Shown one piece after another: positions 29,401 to 42,800 of a stretch of DNA of 64,000 bases. The notes below the pieces were generated by a model. The model was not told the origin of the DNA and searched no databases. It saw only the letters and a list, made by a program, of their open reading frames with translations. Source of the stretch: Chrysomallon squamiferum (taxonomy: Eukaryota; Animalia; Mollusca); contig CM022678.1 of assembly GCA_012295275.1 (NCBI GenBank), positions 806,001 through 870,000 of the forward strand, written 5' to 3'. Positions within the stretch are counted from its first letter, which is position 1; every line of letters starts with the position of its first letter. A program made the position numbers and the translations under genes.

Positions 29401-30163
29401 TAACTCAGTAAAACAGTAAAAACTTGTTAACTCAGTAAAACAGTAAAAACTTGTTAACTCAGTAACACAGTAAATACTTGTTAACTCAGTAACTCAGTAA
29501 AAACTTGTTAACTCAGTAAAACAGTAAAAACTTGTTAACTCAGTAACACAGTAAATACTTGTTAACTCAGTAACTCAGTAAAAACTTGTTAACTCAGTAA
29601 AACAGTAAAAACTTGTTAACTCAGTAACACAGTAAAAACTTGTTAACTCAGTAACACAGTAAAAACTTGTTAACTCAGTAACACAGTAAAAACTTGTTAA
29701 CTCAGTAACTCAGTAAAAACTTGTTAACTCAGTAACACAGTAAAAACTTGTTAACTCAGTAACACAGTAAAAACTTGTTAACTCAGTAACACAGTAAAAA
29801 TTTGTTAACTCAGTAACTCAGTAACACAGTAAAAATTTGTTAACTCAGTAACTCAGTAAAAACTTGTTAACTCAGTAACACAGTAAAAACTTGTTAACTC
29901 AGTAAAACAGTAAAAACTTGTTAACTCAGTAACACAGTAAATACTTGTTAACTCAGTAACTCAGTAAAAACTTGTTAACTCAGGTGTGTCCAGTGACGCA
30001 ACACCCGGCTGTGGACAAGGCTGGACATTACTTTGGTGTCAAGGTCATTCACACTCCAGTTGACTCTGATTTTAAAGCTGATGTGGAGGCTCTGGAAAAA
30101 GTAAGTGAGACACACACAAGTTACACTTTTATCATGAACACACTCTCTGTTTTGTCTGGCTTA

Positions 30164-30236
<73 letters not shown>

Positions 30237-31060
30237 ATATATATATACAGGCTTATTCTAAGAACTAAAACGTTATTGGAAATGTAATGTTCTAAATATG
30301 AAGTTATTCTTAAAATATGTCATTCATAGAAATATAATGTTATTCTTAGAAACAAAGTTATTCTTGTAAACATAAAATTATTATTAGAAACACAAAGCTA
30401 TTATTAGAAACAAAAAGCTATTATTAGAAAGATAAAGTTATTATTAGAAACACAAAGCTGTTATTAGAAAGATAAAGCTATTATTAGAAACACAAAGCTA
30501 TTATTAGAAAGGTAAAGCTATTATTAGAAACACAAAGCTGTTGTTAGACAGGTAAAGTTGGGTACTGTGTGACTGACGTTTCAGGCGATCACACCAAACA
30601 CGATTCTGATAGCAGCGTCTGCGCCTCAGTTCTGTCACGGGGTCGTTGACCCGGTAGACAAGATTTCTCAGACAGCAGAGAGATTTGGTCTCCCCCTGCA
30701 CGTGGATGCCTGCTTTGGTGCTTTCATGTTGCCATGGTAACGTTCGTTTGTTGTTTTTCTTCTCAAAGCAAGGAAAAGAGAAAAGAAAGATATATATATG
30801 TATATATATATTTTATTATTATTATTATTATTTTTTTTTTTTTTTTCAGACAGTATGTTTAAGTATTCCTTGCAGATTAAATGCTTAGGATGGTTGTAAA
30901 TGATTTTAGTTAGTTTAATATTGGATGATTATAGATTGTTAGTCATAGCGGGGTTGTCTCCCTTCTTACTATCCTAAATCAGATTGTATTAGCATTTTAC
31001 TGTAGATTCTGAAAACTAAGATAAAGTTAGTAAATATAGTGTGTCTGTGTGTGTGTGTGT

Positions 31061-31116
<56 letters not shown>

Positions 31117-34100
31117 CTATTTTAAGAGACTATTATAAGTTTGATTACTAAACTAAAGTTGTAAAATGGTTTAGGTTGGAGAAGCTGGGATATCCTGGGA
31201 TTCCAAACTGGGATTTTCGATGTCGCGGAGTCACGTCAATATCTGCTGACATACACAAGTACGGGTATGGTGTGAAGGTGTGTATGATGATGTTGTTGTT
31301 GTTGTTGTTGTTGTTGTTTTTTTCCTACTACAATAAAGTAATCATCATTACCACCATAACCACCACAAATGTCACAATCTCTACTTCTGTTACTACTACC
31401 ACTACTATCATTACTACTACAACAACTGCTGTTACCACTTTTCTACAACTACTACTGATGCTACAACAACAACAACTACTACAACTACTAGTGTTACTAC
31501 ATGCCCTGTTATTAATATACTGTTATTCTATTACTACTACTACTACAACAACAAAAAAATGCTTCTACTACTGCAACTGCTGTTACTACAACAACAAGAA
31601 GAATAACTTTTAAAACTACCACTACAAAACTGTCACTATTACTACAGCTACTACTTTTACTGTTACTACTGCTATGTCTACATGACTATTACAAATTCTA
31701 CTAGAAATATTCCTGCTGGTATAAACTGTATGTTTGTGTTTTTCAGGGATCCAGTGTGATTGTGTACAGAAATTCTGAGTTTCGCAAATATCAGATTTTC
31801 ACGTATTCTGAGTGGCCAGGGGGGCTGTACGGTTCACCGAGCATGGCTGGGACACGCCCAGGTGAACACACTCTAACTTCCTGTGATATGAAACAAACAA
31901 ACAAACTAACAATAATAATAACAATAGTAATAATAATAATAATAATAGTAATAATAAAAATAATAATATTATTAGTAATAGTAATAGTAATAATAATAAT
32001 AATAATAATAGTAATAATAATTAATAATAATAATAATAATAGTAATAATAATAATAATAGTAATAATAATAGTAGTAATAATAGTAATAGTAATAATAAT
32101 AATAATAATAATAGTAATAATAAAAGTAATAATAGTAATAATAATAGTAATAATAGTACAATAATAATAAGAAGCTGTAAAGACATTAGAGTGATATGTA
32201 AATATACAGCAACACTTTCAAACATATAATTTAAAACAGTCAGTGTACAGTGGATTACAAAAAGAATAAAACATTGAGATAAAACAAAAAATTACTTTGA
32301 ATCTCTGAGACTGAAGTGATTGTAACTGAAGACAAAAGCTTGTGACAGACGAATGTTGTAGCTGTTGTTTGTTGATGCAGGAGGTAACATTGCCGCGTCG
32401 TGGGTGTCGATGAAGGCACTGGGGGAGTCTGGCTACATGAAGAGAGCGAAGGAGTTGATGGACATCACAGACAAAATCAAAGATGGAATCCGCAAAATTG
32501 ACGTAAGTGAAATTACTGTTAGTTGTTAACAGATAAACAAACAAACAAACAATGAATAAGTAAGTAAGTAAATGAATGAATAAATAAATTTCAGGGTTTT
32601 TGTGTATTAGTTAATAAATAAATAAGTAAATAATTAATTAATTAATTTCAGATTCTGTATTATTTAATAAATTAGTAAGTAAGTAAGGAAATAAAAAATA
32701 AATAAATTTCAGGGTTTTTGTGTATTAGTAAATCCATTAATTAATTAATTTCAGGTTTGTATATTATTTAATGAATAAATAAATAAATAAGTAAGTAAAT
32801 AAAATAAAAGGTAAATAAATAAATTGTAAATAAATAAATTTCAGGGGTTGTGTATTAGTAAATAAATAAATAAAAGGTAAATAAATAATTTCAGGGGTTG
32901 TGTATTATTTAATAAGTAAGTAAATAAATAATTTCAGGGGTTGTGTATTATTTAATAAGTAACTAAATACATAATTTCAGGGGTTGTGTATTATTTAATA
33001 AGTAAGTAAATAAATAAATAATTTCAGGGGTTGTGTATTATTTAATAAGTAACTAAATAAATAATTTCAGGGGTTGTGTATTATTTAATAAGTAAGTAAG
33101 TAAATAAATAATTTCAGGGGTTGTGTATTATTTAATAAGTAACTAAATAAATAATTTCAGGGGTTGTGTATTATTTAATAAGTAAGTAAATAAATAAATA
33201 ATTTCAGGGGTTGTGTATTATTTAATAAGTAAGTAAGTAAATAAATAATTTCAGGGGTTGTGTATTATTTAATAAGTAAGTAACTAAATAAATAATTTCA
33301 GGGGTTGTGTATTATTTAATAAGTAAGTAAATAAATAAATAATTTCAGGGGTTGTGTATTATTTAATAAGTAAGTAAATAAATAAATAAATTTCAGGGGT
33401 TGTGTATTATTTAAGAAATAAATAAAAGGTAAATAAATAATTTCAGGGGTTGTGTATTATTTAAGAAATAAATAAAAGGTAAATAAATAATTTCAGGGGT
33501 TGTGTATTATTTAAGAAATAAATAAAAGGTAAATAAATAATTTCAGGGGTTGTGTATTGTGGGGCAGTCGTGTATGACGGCGTTCTCCATCGGCTCTGCT
33601 GACCCAGACGTTGACATCCTCGCAGTGTGCGACGTCATGGAAATGCGAGGTGAAGTCACAACCTTTGTACTACTACAACAGCTGTTTACGTTTAGAGTAA
33701 ACTAGTAAACAAGTAAACACTACTGTAAATAGATGTGTATACTACACTGTGTACAGTTTACAAAATGTCTAATACAAGGGGCTCTCTTTGGGAGAGAAAA
33801 TGTTTTCATCTGGGAAAGTTACAATATGGTTGTGTTAAAATTAGCTATGTGGATGCTGGTTTTAGGATTTAAAAAGAAACAACAACAATATCATCACCCC
33901 TCCCAATTAATATAATAATGAAAATAAAATTTAAAAATTATTATAGTTATTACTGTTGTTTAAGATCATTGTTGTTGTTGTTGTAGTAGTTGTTGTTGTT
34001 GTTTACAGGGTGGAAGATGGAAAGACAACAAAAGCCGTCCTGTATTCACTGTTCTATTTTACCACATCACAGTCAGTCTGCAGACACCCTGCTTAGTGAC

Positions 34101-34144
34101 CTTGACTTTAGTGTGAAACAAGTCAAAGTTAGTACATAGCTAGT

Positions 34145-34177
<33 letters not shown>

Positions 34178-34287
34178 GTGTGTGTGTGTGTGTGTGTGTG
34201 TTTGTGTATCTGTGTACGTTTGTGTGTGTGTGTGTGTGTGTGTACGTTTGTGTGTGTGTGTTTGTGTGTCTGTGTCAGTGTGTGTGT

Positions 34288-34323
<36 letters not shown>

Positions 34324-34341
34324 ACGTGTGTGTGTGTGTGT

Positions 34342-34380
<39 letters not shown>

Positions 34381-34387
34381 GTGTGTC

Positions 34388-34441
<54 letters not shown>

Positions 34442-34511
34442 AGTCTGCAGACACCCTGCTTAGTGACCTCGACTTTAGTGTGAAACAAGTCAAAGTTAGT
34501 ACATAGCTAGT

Positions 34512-34576
<65 letters not shown>

Positions 34577-34747
34577 AGTCTGCAGACACCCTGCTTAGTG
34601 ACCTCGACTTTAGTGTGAAACAAGTCAAAGTTAGTACATAGCTAGTACGTGTGTGTGTGTGTGTGTGTGTGTGTGTCAGTCTGCAGACACCCTGCTTAGT
34701 GACCTCGACTTTAGTGTGAAACAAGTCAAAGTTAGTACATAGCTAGT

Positions 34748-34781
<34 letters not shown>

Positions 34782-34816
34782 TGTGTATGTGTGTGTGTGT
34801 ACGTTTGTGTGTGTGT

Positions 34817-34908
<92 letters not shown>

Positions 34909-34919
34909 AGTGTGTGTGT

Positions 34920-34968
<49 letters not shown>

Positions 34969-34993
34969 AGTGTGTGTGTCTGTGTGTGTGTCA

Positions 34994-35036
<43 letters not shown>

Positions 35037-35057
35037 TTTGTGTGTGTGTGTGTGTCA

Positions 35058-35088
<31 letters not shown>

Positions 35089-35255
35089 TGTGTGTGTGTG
35101 TGTACGTTTGTGTGTGTGTACGTGTGTGTGTGTGTGTGTGTGTACGTTTGTGTGTGTGTGTACGTGTGTGTGTGTGTGTGTGTCCGTCTGCAGACACCCT
35201 GCTTAGTGACCTCGACTTTAGTGTGAAACAAGTCAAAGTTAATACATAGCTAGTA

Positions 35256-35290
<35 letters not shown>

Positions 35291-35297
35291 CTGTGTA

Positions 35298-35339
<42 letters not shown>

Positions 35340-35529
35340 TGTGTACGTTTGTGTGTGTGTGTACGTGTGTGTGTGTGTCTGTGTCTGTGTGTGTGTGTGT
35401 GTGTGTACGTGTCAGTCTGCGTGTGTGCGTGTGTGTACTGTGTGTCTGTGTTTGTGTGTGTGTGTGTGTGCGTGTGTGTGTGTGTACGTGTGTCAGTATG
35501 CGTGTGTGCGTGTGTGTGTACTGTGTGTC

Positions 35530-35560
<31 letters not shown>

Positions 35561-35566
35561 CAGTCA

Positions 35567-35603
<37 letters not shown>

Positions 35604-35686
35604 TGTGTCAGTCTGTGTGTGTGTGTGTGTGTACGTGTGTCAGTCTGCGTGTGTGTGTGTACTGTGTCTGTGTGTGTGTGTTTGTG

Positions 35687-35717
<31 letters not shown>

Positions 35718-35835
35718 ACGTGTGTCAGTCTGTGTGTGTGTGTGTGTGTGTGTGTCTGTGTCTGTCTGCAGACACCCTGCTTAAATGACCTCGACTTTAG
35801 TGTGAAAAAAGTCAAAGTTAGTACATAGCTAGTAC

Positions 35836-35904
<69 letters not shown>

Positions 35905-36021
35905 GTGTGTGTGTACGTGTGTGTACGTGTGTGTGTGTGTGTCAGTCTGCAGACACCCTGCTTAAATGACCTCCTGACTTTACTTTAGTGTGAAACAAGT
36001 CAAAGTTAGTACATAGGTAGT

Positions 36022-36098
<77 letters not shown>

Positions 36099-36157
36099 AG
36101 TCTGCAGACACACTGCTTAAGTGACCTAGACTTTAGTTAAAGTTAGTATATCGCTAG

Positions 36158-36215
<58 letters not shown>

Positions 36216-38499
36216 TTGGTGTGTTAAGAATCAGGATCAAATCTGAGCAGAGAAGACATCAAAACTTTTGTACAAAACTTTTCTTACTGTTGTACATTTA
36301 CCGTAGTGAAAACTAATAGTGTTTCTGTTAAACAGACTTGTAGAGTTAATTATATTTGAATTATATTTTCATTGTATTGTTATATATTGTTATTATATTT
36401 TAATTATATTGTTATTATGTTATTATATTGTTATTATACTGTTGTGTTGTGTTGTTAATTGGCAGGCTGACAAGTCTCTGGCTGGGAAAGGCACTGCTGG
36501 GCTGTATGGAATGATGGCAACAGTTATATTGTTGTTATATTGTTATTATATTGTTATATTGTTGTTATATTGTTATTATATTGTTATATTGTTATTATAC
36601 TGTTGTGTTGTGTAATTGGCAGGCTGACAAGTCTCTGGCTGGGAAGGGCACTGCTGGGCTGTATGGAATGATGGCAACAGTTATATTGTTGTTATATTGT
36701 TATTATATTGTTATATTGTTATTATACTGTTGTGTTGTTAATTGGCAGGCTGACAAGTCTCTGGCTGGGAAGGGCACTGCTGGGCTGTATGGAATGATGG
36801 CAACAGTTATATTGTTGTTATATTGTTATTATATTGTTATATTGTTATTATACTGTTGTGTTGTTAATTGGCAGGCTGACAAGTCTCTGGCTGGGAAGGG
36901 AACTGCTGGGCTGTATGGAATGATGGCAACAGTTATATTGTTGTTATATTGTTATTATATTGTTATATTGTTATTATACTGTTGTGTTGTTAATTGGCAG
37001 GCTGACAAGTCTCTGGCTGGGAAGGGAACTGCTGGGCTGTATGGAATGATGGCAACAGTTATATTGTTGTTATATTGTTATTATATTGTTATATTGTTAT
37101 TATACTGTTGTGTTGTTAATTGGCAGGCTGACAAGTCTCTGGCTGGGAAGGGAACTGCTGGGCTGTATGGAATGATGGCAACAGTTATATTGTTGTTATA
37201 TTGTTATTATATTGTTATATTGTTATTATACTGTTGTGTTGTTAATTGGCAGGCTGACAAGTCTCTGGCTGGGAAGGGAACTGCTGGGCTGTATGGAATG
37301 ATGGCAACAGTTATATTGTTGTTATATTGTTATTATATTGTTATATTGTTATTATACTGTTGTGTTGTTAATTGGCAGGCTGACAAGTCTCTGGCTGGGA
37401 AGGGAACTGCTGGGCTGTATGGAATGATGGCAACAGTTATATTGTTGTTATATTGTTATTATATTGTTATATTGTTTATTATACTGTTGTGTTGTGTTGT
37501 TAATTGGCAGGCTGACAAGTCTCTGGCTGGGAAGGGAACTGCTGGGCTGTATGGAATGATGGCAACAGTTATATTGTTATTATATTGTTATTATATTGTT
37601 ATATTGTTATACTGTTGTTATATTGTTATTATATTGTTATACTGTTGTTATATTGTTGTTATTTGTTATATTGTTATATTGTTATTATACTGTTGTGTTG
37701 TTAATTGGCAGGCTGACAAGTCTCTGGCTGGGAAGGGCACTGCTGGGCTGTATGGAATGATGGCAACAGTTATATTGTTGTTATTTTGTTATTATATTGT
37801 TATATTGTTATTATACTGTTGTGTTGTTTGTTAATTGGCAGGCTGACAAGTCTCTGGCTGGGAAGGGCACTGCTGGGCTGTATGGAATGATGGCAACAGT
37901 TATATTGTTGTTATATTGTTATTATATTGTTATATTGTTATTATACTGTTGTGTTGTGTTGTTAATTGGCAGGCTGACAAGTCTCTGGCTGGGAAGGGAA
38001 CTGCTGGGCTGTATGGAATGATGGCAACAGTTATATTGTTATTATATTGTTATACTGTTGTTATTTGTTATTATTTGTTATACTTTGTTATTTGTTGTTA
38101 TATTGTTATATTGTTATTATACTGTTGTGTTGTTAATTGGCAGGCTGACAAGTCTCTGGCTGGGAAGGGCACTGCTGGGCTGTATGGAATGATGGCAACA
38201 GTTATATTGTTATTATATTGTTATTATATTGTTATATTGTTATGTTGTTGTAATTGGCAATTGGGCTGACAAGTCTCTGGCTGGGAAGGGCACTGCTGGG
38301 CTGTATGGAATGATGGCAACAGTTATATTGTTATTATATTTTTATTATACTGTTTGTGTTGTGTAATTGGCAGGCTGACAAGTCTCTGGCTGGGAAGGGA
38401 ACTGCTGGGCTGTATGGAATGATGGCAACAGTTCCAGACAAACAAATCATTGACGACTTTGTCAGAGAGTTTTTCAGTGAAATCTACAAGATCCACTAA
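25479..38499 (+). CDS. SGPL1: Sphingosine-1-phosphate lyase-like PLP-dependent enzyme, 12 exons, about 537 aa
   Basis: Exons 25479-25719, 26538-26684, 26925-27027, 28807-28972, 29984-30100, 30585-30736, 31175-31277, 31747-31861, 32381-32502, 33547-33649, 34009-34127, 38374-38499 (1614 nt, frame-consistent). N-terminal TM; [55 protein letters not shown] (PLP lysine), [24 protein letters not shown]. Confidence 0.9.
27033..27800. repeat. AT-rich 25-33 bp minisatellite starting just after the SPL exon 3 donor
   Basis: Repeated atttatttaatattctttagtcaacat(ataca). Confidence 0.85.
28105..28745. repeat. 42-bp minisatellite (about 15 copies) upstream of the SPL exon 4 acceptor
   Basis: Unit catgttactatcatcattacagtgatatctattattatcaca. 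Confidence 0.9.
29362..29983 (+). repeat. 27-bp array of the SPL exon 5 acceptor region (about 22 copies)
   Basis: Unit cagtaaaaacttgttaactcagtaaca; the last copy ends cttgttaactcag/GTGTGT, the real acceptor at 29983. Confidence 0.9.
32585..33558 (+). repeat. 43-50 bp array of the SPL exon 10 acceptor plus first 12 exon nt (about 15 near-exact and several degenerate copies)
   Basis: Repeated aataatttcag/gggttgtgtatt; only the last copy continues as coding gtggggcagtcg. Confidence 0.92.
34072..36210 (+). repeat. Array of SPL exon 11 3' half, donor and (GT)n: 7 extra copies
   Basis: gtcagtctgcagacaccctgcttagtgacctcgactttagtgtgaaacaagtcaaa/gttagtacatagctagtac at about 34440, 34575, 34676, 35183, 35763, 35941 and 36097, separated by (GT)n tracts. 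Confidence 0.92.
36440..38433 (+). repeat. About 126-bp array of the SPL terminal-exon acceptor plus first 60 exon nt (14 extra copies)
   Basis: ttggcag/gctgacaagtctctggctgggaagggaactgctgggctgtatggaatgatggcaacagtt at 36466, 36623, 36749, 36875, 37001, 37127, 37253, 37379, 37511, 37712, 37842, 37973, 38144 and about 38265; real exon at 38374. Confidence 0.95.
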
Positions 38500-38654
38500 G
38501 TTTGTGTAAAACACTAAGTTTGTGTAAAACACTAAGTTTGTGTAAAACTTACTTCAGACAGTGTCTACTATTTACACAAACTAAGAAACAAAATAAAATA
38601 AAATATAAATAAATAAATAAATATATTTTTTATATTTCATTTAAAATCATTTAT

Positions 38655-38735
<81 letters not shown>

Positions 38736-39827
38736 TAAAATAAATGATTGAGAAAAATGAAATTTAAAAAAAAACAAAAAAAGTCAAAATTAAAAAAAAA
38801 GTTAAGAATTGCATTTGTAAACAGAACATGGTTACAGATTTCTCAAGTTACTATGGTAACATTTCTGGGTTATCTTTCCTTGATTGTAAACACAAGATCA
38901 GCTGTTTAAGTGTGTCACACAGAAAACAAACTCTTTTTGTTTTGAATTTTTTTTTTTTATTTTGTTTCCTGTTATAACATTAAACAAATAACAAAACAAT
39001 AATGTAACAAAATTAATGTATGTAATTATCATTATTCTTTAAAATGAAATATAATTAAGTTTATTTTTGTTAGGTAAAAAAAAAAAAAAAAGTAATAATA
39101 ATAATAAAAGTAAAAAGAAACATTATTTACCAAACAGTTTTCAGTTTTATTTGTGTCACTTTGTTGTTTTTATTTAAAATATTACACCTGTCATGTTTGT
39201 GTAAGATATTTTCTGTTGTACATTAAGAAAGTAATAATTATAATATTGTCACAGGTAGAATATGTTAAAAAACAGAACAGTAATAATAAAAACTGTTTTC
39301 AATATTTTATTTCCATCTCAGAGTACAACATACATCTCTTAATTTTCCTTAAAAAGCCACAAAATAAATAAAAAAATTACAAAATTTACTGTACAAAACA
39401 TTTTAATTGTATTCTTGTTTAAATATCAAAAATAATGAAAGAAAAAATCTTACTAGAAAATAAAAATACATTCTGGTGCAAGAAAGTATCCTTCTGTTTC
39501 TACTATCGCTAAAACACCATCATTACTAAAACCACACCATCATTACTACTACTATCACTAAAACACAATATTACTAGTAGTACCACTAACACTACTACCA
39601 CTAAAACACTATCATTACTAGTAGTACCACTAACACTAGCACTTTGTTTCTTTTTTACTACTAGCTTTGTTTTTTTTTACTACTACTATACCATTATCAC
39701 TATTGTTATAACTACTACAAAATATACTATTCCTAATGATAATCAACTTGCTACTACTAATGATATAAATAAATAAATAAATAAAAAGTAAGGAATGGTG
39801 AAACTAGCAGGTCACATGACTAGTTAA

Positions 39828-42800
39828 TTAAGGTCTGTAAATGTCCTCTCTTTTCACTGAACTGTGACTGATTCCTGCAAATTTCCCGTGTGTGATTTTA
39901 TCTTCCCAGTCAGCCCAGTACAAAGTCTTCATTCTCTCACAGTAGTCTACCAGGTTAGTGAACTTTTCTGTAAAAAACAACAACAACTACAACAACTACA
40001 ACAACAATTAGTAGTAGTAGTAGTCTTCATTCTCTCACAGTAGTCTACCAGGTTAGTGAACTTTTCTGTAAAACAACAACAACAACTACAACAACAATTA
40101 CAGTCCCAGTACAAAGTCTTCATTCTCTCACAGTAGTCTACCAGGTTAGTGAACTTTTCTGTAAAAACAATAACAACAACAACAACAACAACTAGTAGTA
40201 GTCTTCATTCAACAACAAGTCTACCAGATTAGTGAACTTTTCTGTAAAACAACAACAACAACATACAACAACAATTACAGTCCCAGTACAAAGTCTTCAT
40301 TCACACACACACACATAGTCTACCAGATTAGTGAACTTTTCTGTAAAACAACAACAACAACAGTAGTAGTAGTAGTCTTCATTTTCTCACAGTAGTCTAC
40401 CAGATTAAAACATTTCTGTAAAACAAAACAACAACAGTAGTAGTAGTAGTCTTCATTCAAACATACAGTAGTCTACCAGGTTAAAATGAACTTTTCCTGT
40501 AAAAACAACAACAACTACAAAACAACAGTAGTAGTAGTAGTCTACCAGATTAGTGAACTTTTCTGTAAAACAACAACAACAACTACAAACAACAAATACA
40601 GTCCCAGTACAAAGTCTTCATTCTCTCTACAGTAGTCTACCAGGTTAGTGAACTTTTCTGTAAAAACAACAACAACTACAACAACAACAGTAGTAGTAGT
40701 AGTCTTCATTCTCTCTCAAAAATAGTCTACCAGATTAGTGAACTTTTCTGTAAAACAACAACAACAACAGTAACAGTAGTAGTCTTCATTCTCTCACAGT
40801 AGTCTAAGTTTTTAGTGAACTTTTTTATGTAAAAACAACAACAACTACAACAACAACAGTAGTAGTAAGTCTTCATTCTCTCACTGAGTAGTCTACCAGA
40901 TTAGTGAACTTTTCTGTAAAAACAACAACAACAACAACAGTAGTAGTAGTAGTCTTCATTCTCTCACACAGTAGTCTACCAGATTAGTGAACTTTTCTGT
41001 AAAACAACAACAACTACAACAACAATTACAGTAGTAGTAGTAGTCTGTTTTCTCTCACAGTAGTCTACCAGGTTAGTGAACTTTTCTGTAAAACAACAAC
41101 AACAAACAACAACAACAACAGTAGTAGTAGTAGTTTTCATTCTCTCACAGTAGTCTACCAGATTAGTGAACTTTTCTGTAAAAACAACAACAAAACTTCA
41201 ACAACAACCTAGTAGTAAAAGTAGTCTTCATTTTCTCACAGTAGTCTACCAGATTAGTGAACTTTTCTGTAAAAACAACAACAACTACTAAACAATTACA
41301 GTAGTAGTAGTAGTCTTCATTCTCTTTGTTTAGTCTTTCAGGTTAGTGAAATCTTTTTTTTTCTGTAAAAACAACAACTTTAACAACAACAACAACAACA
41401 ATAATAATAATCACACACACACACATATCTACACATACATACATACACACACACATACATACATACACACACACATACATACACACACATACAGAGATAA
41501 CACATGCTGACAAACCTATGAAGAAGATCAAGGTGTATATTTTTACCTTTAAGGATTTTTTCAGGAGTCATTCCAGGCATGTTAAAACATGGCTGACAAA
41601 GCTGACCAAACAAAACACAGTCTAGTTCAGTGGGCGTGTCTCCAAACATAAACTTCTTACCCCCTGAAAATACACACAAACAAGTCTTACCTCCTGAAAA
41701 TACAATTTTAATTAACAAGTCTTACCTCCTGTAAATACACAAACAAGTAAATAAAGTTAGTAAGCAAGTAAAACATAATTACCATTAGCCTGACCACAGA
41801 AAATCCATAACAACAAATAAAACTACTACCGCTTCTACTTCTACTAATGCTACTACTTTAATTCTACTTTTACTACTAATACTAAAACTACTACTACTAG
41901 TAGCAATAAATGATAATAGTAATAATATTAGCAAAAATAGTTAGTAATAATGATAAGGATGATGACAATCATATTAACTACGCTAACAATAATAATAAGA
42001 TTGATGATGATGAGAATGATTATAAGTTTTAATTTCTTGTTTTTCATTATGAAACAAACTCTGTGACTACATTAATGTGTGTGGAAAGTGAATGAGATTA
42101 AACTGAGTGAATCAAACCTAAATAATCAGAAACTGCCTTCAAGTCTGCCTCCAGAATCCGGTCCACTTCTTGCTGTGTGTGCCGGCCCAAGCCCTGATCC
42201 CAGGCAGCCTTTCCCACTCTGCGACTGATGATCCACGTCATGAAGAAAGGAAACCCAAAGACTGTTTTCACCTGCGACTTGTCACCTGGATACACCCAGC
42301 GATAGAGAACCAGAGACCTGACAAACATTTAACTAAAACATTCAGTTTTCATCCTAATTATAAAACAAGAAAGTGTTGGGATGTAGTGAGTGGGTTACGC
42401 TCACAAGTCAGCAGAAAGTAATAATTTATCATAGACCTTCTCACAGACAGCAAACAACTAATAAAAGATAAAGTGGTAAGTTATTTGACTACAGCAGTAA
42501 ATTTGTTTTTTTATGTTTCATTATGTTACAAATCCATTTTTTTTCTCTCTCTAATGATTCAGTGTTAAGAAAATCAAATATAAAATAAAAATAATAATAA
42601 CTAATAATAATATCTATAAATAGATGTGATCTACTGTAAATGTGTGTTTATGTGTGTATAGATGTGTGTGTGTTTGTGTGACACATAGACAGACACAACT
42701 TCTAACTTTCAGTTACCAGAACAAAATCCACAGACAGAAACAAATATTTTATAAAACATATTACAATAGTTACTTATTCTATATAATATAATCAAATAGT

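Noticed and set aside
34129-35828. Cys/Val-rich, poly-Ile/Leu/Tyr and Glu-Arg ORFs here and throughout the window
   Set aside because: Translations of (GT)n, (ATT)n, (AG)n and similar microsatellites.
36551-37834. 427-aa repetitive ORF as an independent gene
   Set aside because: It results from a 126-bp stop-free intronic array of the SPL last-exon start and has no credible start of its own; considered only as a possible alternative SPL tail.
34072-38433. CRISPR-like appearance of constant repeats separated by variable spacers
   Set aside because: Eukaryotic intron context; the repeats are exon fragments, the spacers are low-complexity microsatellite, and there are no cas genes.
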